Shown: one piece after another, positions 59,030 through 64,000 of the stretch
Layout of the letters: each line of letters starts with the position of its first letter
Position numbering within the stretch: the stretch's first letter is position 1
Assembly (NCBI GenBank): GCA_037441845.1
Contig: JBBIRK010000002.1
Span: forward strand, 64,001-128,000
From: Candidatus Zixiibacteriota bacterium
GTDB taxonomy: Bacteria > Zixibacteria > MSB-5A5 > UBA10806 > 4484-95
Reading direction: 5' to 3'
Length of the DNA stretch: 64,000 bases
The notes under the pieces: model-generated
Told to the model about the DNA's origin: nothing
The model's database searches: none
The model's input: the letters and a program-made list of their open reading frames with translations, nothing else
Made by a program: the position numbers and the translations under genes

Positions 59030-60406
59030 CTAAGATTGCGCTATCGGTTCTTTTTCCTGCAAACCATACTTTTTAATCTTTTCGAAAAGAGTCGTATAGT
59101 CCACTTTCAGGATTTCCGCCGCTTTGCGCTTGTTGCCCCGCGTCTGCGCCAGCACCCGCTTGATAAGCCCCTTTTCGGCTTCAGCTTGCGCCAGAGCGCC
59201 GACCTCTTTGAGTCCCGCCCCTTCACGTAACCTTATCTCCGCCGTCGATGGCAGTCGGATCGCCAGATGCTCGGGAGTGATGATGTTTCCGCTGCATAAG
59301 ATTATGGCTCTCTCGATCGTGTTTTCCAGCTCCCGAACATTACCCGGCCAATGGTATTTCTCGAGCAATGCCAACGAATCTTTGGAAAGCCTCTTGGTCT
59401 TTTTATTCATCTCCCGGCAATATTTATCGATAAAATAGGTTGCCAGATGAGGGATATCCTCGGTGCGCTCCCGCAAGGGTGGTATCGTTATCGGAAATAC
59501 CGAAAGCCGATAATATAAATCTTCCCTGAATTTCTTGGCGGCTATCGCTTCCTTGAGATCGACGTTCGAGGCCGCGATCAGCCTGACATCGACCGAAATT
59601 ACCTTCGTTCCCCCGAGGCGCTCGAAATTCTTCTCCTGAAGCACTCTCAGCAGTTTGGCTTGAAGCGCGATATCGAGGTCGCCGACTTCGTCGAGAAAGA
59701 TCGAACCTCCGTTGGCGATCTCGAATTTCCCCATCTTCCGGGCAACCGACCCGGTATAAGCCCCCCGCTCCGATCCGAATAACTCGTTTTCGAGCAATTC
59801 ATGGGGTATGGCGGCGCAGTTTATAGTCACATAGGGCCCTTTACTTCGATTCGACAATTGATGTATCGCCCGGGCGAATAGCTCTTTGCCGGTGCCCGAT
59901 TCGCCAAGAAAAAGAACCGTCGTATCCGATTCGGCCACCTTGCGCGCAAGACTGGAAACTTCCTTTATCTTCTCCGAAACCCCGATAATCTCCCCGAACC
60001 CGTGATTCAGCTCCTCGCGCAACAGGCTGTTTTCCGCCACCAGCCGACGATTTTCGAGCGCCCTCTTGATAATCACGGAAAGATGATCGGTATCGAACGG
60101 TTTGGTTAAAAAATCAAACGCCCCCAAGCGCATGGCTTCCACCGCGGTCTCGATCGTACCGAAAGCGGTCATGACAATCACCGGAGCCTCAGGGTCATGC
60201 TCTTTAACTTGAGATAATACTTCGATTCCATCAAGAGAAGGCAGCTTCAGGTCCGTTAGAATGACATCGAACCGCTTTTCTTTGACCTTTTCCAGCCCGG
60301 CTTTGCCGTCGCTGACCGCCTCCACCTCATACCCCTCGGATTCGAGTGTGGCCGCCAGCATCCTCTGCATGCTGTCTTTATCTTCAATAACCAGAACTGA
60401 AGGCAT
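59030..60406 (-). CDS. Sigma54-dependent response regulator (NtrC/AtoC family)
   Basis: REC domain, GESGTGKE, GAYTG, FLDEVG, WPGNVRELEN, Fis-type HTH. Confidence 0.95.
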   Translation of the reverse strand: MPSVLVIEDKDSMQRMLAATLESEGYEVEAVSDGKAGLEKVKEKRFDVILTDLKLPSLDGIEVLSQVKEHDPEAPVIVMTAFGTIETAVEAMRLGAFDFLTKPFDTDHLSVIIKRALENRRLVAENSLLREELNHGFGEIIGVSEKIKEVSSLARKVAESDTTVLFLGESGTGKELFARAIHQLSNRSKGPYVTINCAAIPHELLENELFGSERGAYTGSVARKMGKFEIANGGSIFLDEVGDLDIALQAKLLRVLQEKNFERLGGTKVISVDVRLIAASNVDLKEAIAAKKFREDLYYRLSVFPITIPPLRERTEDIPHLATYFIDKYCREMNKKTKRLSKDSLALLEKYHWPGNVRELENTIERAIILCSGNIITPEHLAIRLPSTAEIRLREGAGLKEVGALAQAEAEKGLIKRVLAQTRGNKRKAAEILKVDYTTLFEKIKKYGLQEKEPIAQS

Positions 60407-60460
60407 ATTTACACCTGTATGCGGTATATCGGCAGATTTTGGGCGGCTCTTAAGCTGCGT

Positions 60461-61102
60461 TCAGGGTTTGCAGTTGCGGCAGGGCGAAAGACCCCGGCGT
60501 AAGGCCTGGTCACGGTCGTCTATTTTCACGATTTTACGCCGTTCCACATTTTTCATGGAGGTGCACAGGGGACGATGAAAGCGAAACGAGCCTTTTATCT
60601 GGCAATAGTAAGCTTCAGCCTTCGGCGGCTTCAGCGACCAAATGCCCAGATGCTCATCCATAGCCAGATTCTGAAGGTTGAGATATCTATCGCGCAAGTG
60701 GGCGTTATCGTCGAAAAGATACAAATACCCCAGTCCTGCCCGCAAAATCCTGGCGCCCACATTGATAGTATCGACGAACACCTCCGCCAGAAGTCGCCCG
60801 TAGCGGTCTCCCTTGCCGGTCATTTTAAGCGAAACCTGTTTGTTCAAAATCAGGTCGCTTAAAAAAGCCGTGGCTGCCGCGTAGAGCGTTTCTCCCTGCT
60901 CCGGCGTATCAATCCCCGAAATCCGGATCTTTGCGCCGTCGGACATCATAAATGTATCGCCGTCGATAATCCGCGCCACTACGGTTTCGGTCGTTTGGGG
61001 CTGGGGCGATTCCTGCTTCTGCGAACATGAATACGCCAGCAACACCGCCAGAATCAGCGGTATCGAGAAGCGCCGCAGAATCGATAAACCTGATGAGGTC
61101 AT
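60461..61102 (-). CDS. Thermonuclease-family lipoprotein with C-terminal Ada-type zinc motif
   Basis: Lipobox-like LAYSC; IIDGDT, IR..GIDTPE, DRYGRLLA; FHRP.C...PC..CKP. Confidence 0.88.
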   Translation of the reverse strand: MTSSGLSILRRFSIPLILAVLLAYSCSQKQESPQPQTTETVVARIIDGDTFMMSDGAKIRISGIDTPEQGETLYAAATAFLSDLILNKQVSLKMTGKGDRYGRLLAEVFVDTINVGARILRAGLGYLYLFDDNAHLRDRYLNLQNLAMDEHLGIWSLKPPKAEAYYCQIKGSFRFHRPLCTSMKNVERRKIVKIDDRDQALRRGLSPCRNCKP

Positions 61103-61821
61103 CGTTTCGTCAACCTGTATATCGCTGCTATTCCTCCGAGCAGGTCTTCATAGCCGCCCTCCAGTCCGCCCTGGCTCAGCCGCCGCAGCGCCTCCGGCTG
61201 TGAATAAAAAATCCGCAGCGAGGCCGGCAGATAGCGATAGGCGTATTTCTTCCGGGTGAAAAGGCGCGACAATAAAGGTATAATTTTATAGAAATAAATA
61301 TAGAACAAGCGCGCATAAATTTTCCTGCGCGGGTGGGCGACATCCAGTAGCGAAACCTTGCCGCCGCTGCGGAGAACGGAATCAAGCTCGAGCGCGAAAC
61401 TTTCCAGACGGCTCAGGTTTCTCAAAGAAAATCCGCTGATCGCTCCATCGAACACCGCCGGTTTGAACGGCAAATGATCGGCATCGGCGATAACGTAAAA
61501 AACCGCCCGGCCATTTCCCGATTCTATCCCCTTTAGTTTGTCGATCGCGATCCGAAGCATTCGCGGAGACAGATCCGTCAACACAACCGTGCCGGTGAAA
61601 TCGCGGGCCCCCAAAAGCTCTTTGGCCATATCCCCGGTTCCCGCGCAGATATCGAGAACCAACGAATCGCCCCTGTGCGGCCTCACCGCGCGTCTTCGAA
61701 ATACGCCGTCAAGACCGAACGAAATCACCCTATTGAGCAGATCGTAACGATCGCTTATATCCTCGAACATTCTGACGATGAACTGTTTTTTCGTCGATTT
61801 CGGCGGTATCGGTGATTCCAT
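61099..61821 (-). CDS. menG: UbiE/MenG demethylmenaquinone methyltransferase
   Basis: MF..I..RYDLLN..ISFG, LDICAGTGD, F.LRN, Y.YL..S. Confidence 0.85.
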   Translation of the reverse strand: MESPIPPKSTKKQFIVRMFEDISDRYDLLNRVISFGLDGVFRRRAVRPHRGDSLVLDICAGTGDMAKELLGARDFTGTVVLTDLSPRMLRIAIDKLKGIESGNGRAVFYVIADADHLPFKPAVFDGAISGFSLRNLSRLESFALELDSVLRSGGKVSLLDVAHPRRKIYARLFYIYFYKIIPLLSRLFTRKKYAYRYLPASLRIFYSQPEALRRLSQGGLEGGYEDLLGGIAAIYRLTKR

Positions 61822-61865
61822 GACGTTCCTGAAATATGCGGATTAACGAGGAAATAGGTCGGGCG

Positions 61866-62894
61866 CTAAAAAGCCCGATTGATCATGAATTCGGTCATTT
61901 CATTGATTATAACGCATTGTTGTCGATCTATATCTTTCTCGATACTCGCGAAAACGGCTCGGGCGTTGGTCGCCAGCTCGACCGAAGTTTTTATCGCGCT
62001 TTCTATCGATCCGTAGCGCCGAATCAGCTTCATCATTTCATTGATATCCTCGGCGCTTTTTTCGTGGCGGGGCATATCGAGCGTGCGGATCAGAAATCTC
62101 CTTTCTTCCGGCGATGCCTTTTCCATGAGATCGATCGTGATCAACGTCCGTTTTCCTTCCCAAAGATCGCCGAGGATTTCTTTGCCGTATTTTTTTTCGT
62201 CGCCGGCGAGATTTAGCACGTCGTCTTGAATCTGAAAAGCAACGCCCACCTCGGAGCCGAACCTGAAAATCGTTTCTTTATGCCGACCATCGGCGCCGGC
62301 TATCAGCGCCCCGGTCCAGGCCGGGGTTATACAGGTGTACCAGGCCGTTTTCCGCCTGCACATATTGAAATAATCGTCACGGGTGAGATCCCAGCGCTTG
62401 TTTTTCACCCACGACAATTCGATATGCTGCCCCGCGGTGGTCTCGCTGTACATGTGCAAAAACTGCTCGATCACGTCGAGCGCGGCTTTATCCCCCATCA
62501 CCTTGCGGTTGTTGGCCAGAAATTCCCACATCTTGCCGGCCAGCGCGTCGCCGGCATTGAGCGCAAGCGGTATGCCGTGCTTGACATGAAGCGCCGGCAG
62601 CCCCCTGCGCAATTCCGAACCGTCCTCGATATCGTCGTGGATCACGATCCAATTCTGAAACAATTCGAGAGCGGCGGCGGTGTTGAGCGCCTTCTCCTCC
62701 GATCCGCCGAAAGCACGGCAGAATATCAGCAATATCGATGGTCTCAGCCCTTTGCCGATTCGGCTCGGATAATCCTTCATCATTTCATACAGGCTGCCTA
62801 TTTCGGGAATCTCATGATCGCTGGGAAGATTGGCGAATATGAATTCATTGACGAGAGTTTTGTATTTTTGAAGGGTTTGTTCGAACAGGGTCAT
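61866..62894 (-). CDS. Polyprenyl diphosphate synthase
   Basis: GKGLRP, HDDIED..RRG, GQ, KT, FQIQDD, GKRT. Confidence 0.92.
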   Translation of the reverse strand: MTLFEQTLQKYKTLVNEFIFANLPSDHEIPEIGSLYEMMKDYPSRIGKGLRPSILLIFCRAFGGSEEKALNTAAALELFQNWIVIHDDIEDGSELRRGLPALHVKHGIPLALNAGDALAGKMWEFLANNRKVMGDKAALDVIEQFLHMYSETTAGQHIELSWVKNKRWDLTRDDYFNMCRRKTAWYTCITPAWTGALIAGADGRHKETIFRFGSEVGVAFQIQDDVLNLAGDEKKYGKEILGDLWEGKRTLITIDLMEKASPEERRFLIRTLDMPRHEKSAEDINEMMKLIRRYGSIESAIKTSVELATNARAVFASIEKDIDRQQCVIINEMTEFMINRAF

Positions 62895-62969
62895 GAGGGG
62901 AATTTTAGGCCGCACACCCCAAAAGTCAACCGCTTTTTGCCGTCGAGCAATCGACCGATCGTGATCCGA

Positions 62970-64000
62970 TCACCCTCGTGCAGGATTGGAAATCCCCTTC
63001 TCCTGCGCTTTCACGGACCCGGATAAAACTGTATCGAGCAGCGATTTTATTTTGCCCATTTCAAACGGCTTCGCCAATATCGCATCGAGCCCACCCTTGG
63101 CCGCGGTTTCCTCATCGATTTGATTTCCCCATCCGGAAATCATGATAACCGGAATCTCAGGGCGTAATTCCTTGCAGATCCGCGTCACGTCCCAGCCGCT
63201 CAGACCGGGCATACCCAAATCGGTGATCACCAGATCGAAAGGTTGCTGGCGGAACAATTCCACCCCGCGGTCGCCGGACGATGCCGAACACACCTGATGT
63301 CCCAGATATTCGAGCATATCGGAAACGACTTCCCTGATATTATCGTCGTCATCGATCAACAGGATACGCGCCTTATGCACTTCCTTGACCGCAGGCTGTT
63401 GCTTTTCCTCTTTGGCTATTTCTTTGGCCAACGGAATCGTGATAATGATGGTCGTTCCCACGCCAACTTTGGAACTGACGTCGATTTCGCCCTTGTGCCT
63501 GCCGATCACGCCGTAGGCAACCGACATCCCCATCCCCGTCCCCTGCTTTCCCTTGGTGGTGAAAAACGGGAAAAAGATCCGTTTGAGAGTGGCTTCATCC
63601 ATGCCGATACCGTTATCCTCGATCCGGACCACGGCGTTCTGTTCACGGCTGATAGCCTCGATACGGATTACGCCGCCTTTCGCCAGAGCATCGACCGAGT
63701 TCAAAATAAGATTGGAGAACGCCTCGACCAGTTCAGAGGAGTTCCCGAGAATCGGTAAACGAGGTTCATGCTCGTAACGCAGCTCGATAACTGTCCCCAC
63801 CTTCTGGCATTCGTCTTTCCATCGAGGACGGGTCATCTCGATCGAGTCTTGAATGACCCGCACCAGATCGATCATTTCGTAACCGCTGCCCGAGGATACC
63901 CGCGTGAAATTCTGCATCCGCTGAACCGTCTTGGCGCCCGCCAGCGTGACTTTCTCGATCTGCCTCAGATGCTCGGCGATCTGATCGTCTTTGACCACAC
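62970..64000 (-). CDS. Hybrid histidine kinase with C-terminal receiver (5' end outside window)
   Basis: NLILNSVDA, DNGIG, FFTTK, GTGMG; REC IDDD..TDLGMP..KP. Confidence 0.92.
   Translation of the reverse strand, partial: VVKDDQIAEHLRQIEKVTLAGAKTVQRMQNFTRVSSGSGYEMIDLVRVIQDSIEMTRPRWKDECQKVGTVIELRYEHEPRLPILGNSSELVEAFSNLILNSVDALAKGGVIRIEAISREQNAVVRIEDNGIGMDEATLKRIFFPFFTTKGKQGTGMGMSVAYGVIGRHKGEIDVSSKVGVGTTIIITIPLAKEIAKEEKQQPAVKEVHKARILLIDDDDNIREVVSDMLEYLGHQVCSASSGDRGVELFRQQPFDLVITDLGMPGLSGWDVTRICKELRPEIPVIMISGWGNQIDEETAAKGGLDAILAKPFEMGKIKSLLDTVLSGSVKAQEKGISNPARG

Overview
Bacterial chromosomal window, most consistent with candidate phylum Zixibacteria or a related FCB-group anaerobe. This is inferred from C-terminal dockerin-like repeats, FlgD-Ig/T9SS-type C-terminal domains (CTD) and a PorV-family gene. 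Housekeeping blocks: smpB-amidase-murI-rdgB; nfeD-stomatin; CBS-CGL, bshB1-like, tadA, tRNA-Ser; yebC-ruvCAB-queA-dedA-ddl-HAD-M42-cysS; menG, prenyl synthase, NtrC-type regulator. Accessory highlights: (1) two secreted hydrolases (a metallopeptidase and an MBL-fold hydrolase) sharing a near-identical dockerin, plus a tandem array of four cohesin-like+CTD genes, suggesting a non-cellulolytic cohesin-dockerin surface complex; (2) a TonB-receptor/CTD-cargo/PorV/lipoprotein operon; (3) a Crp/Fnr-boxed Rieske-cytochrome b-octaheme HAO-like operon; (4) two unannotated structured RNAs, one sigma70-driven hairpin sRNA and one sigma54-driven leader with a 35-aa membrane peptide; (5) a sigma28-type divergon with a sensor-less kinase, CheV and a mini rod-like protein; (6) a pseudogene and an orphan M15-type peptidase. 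No CRISPR array, rRNA, transposase or integrase was seen. All family calls are from motif recognition by eye, not database searches.
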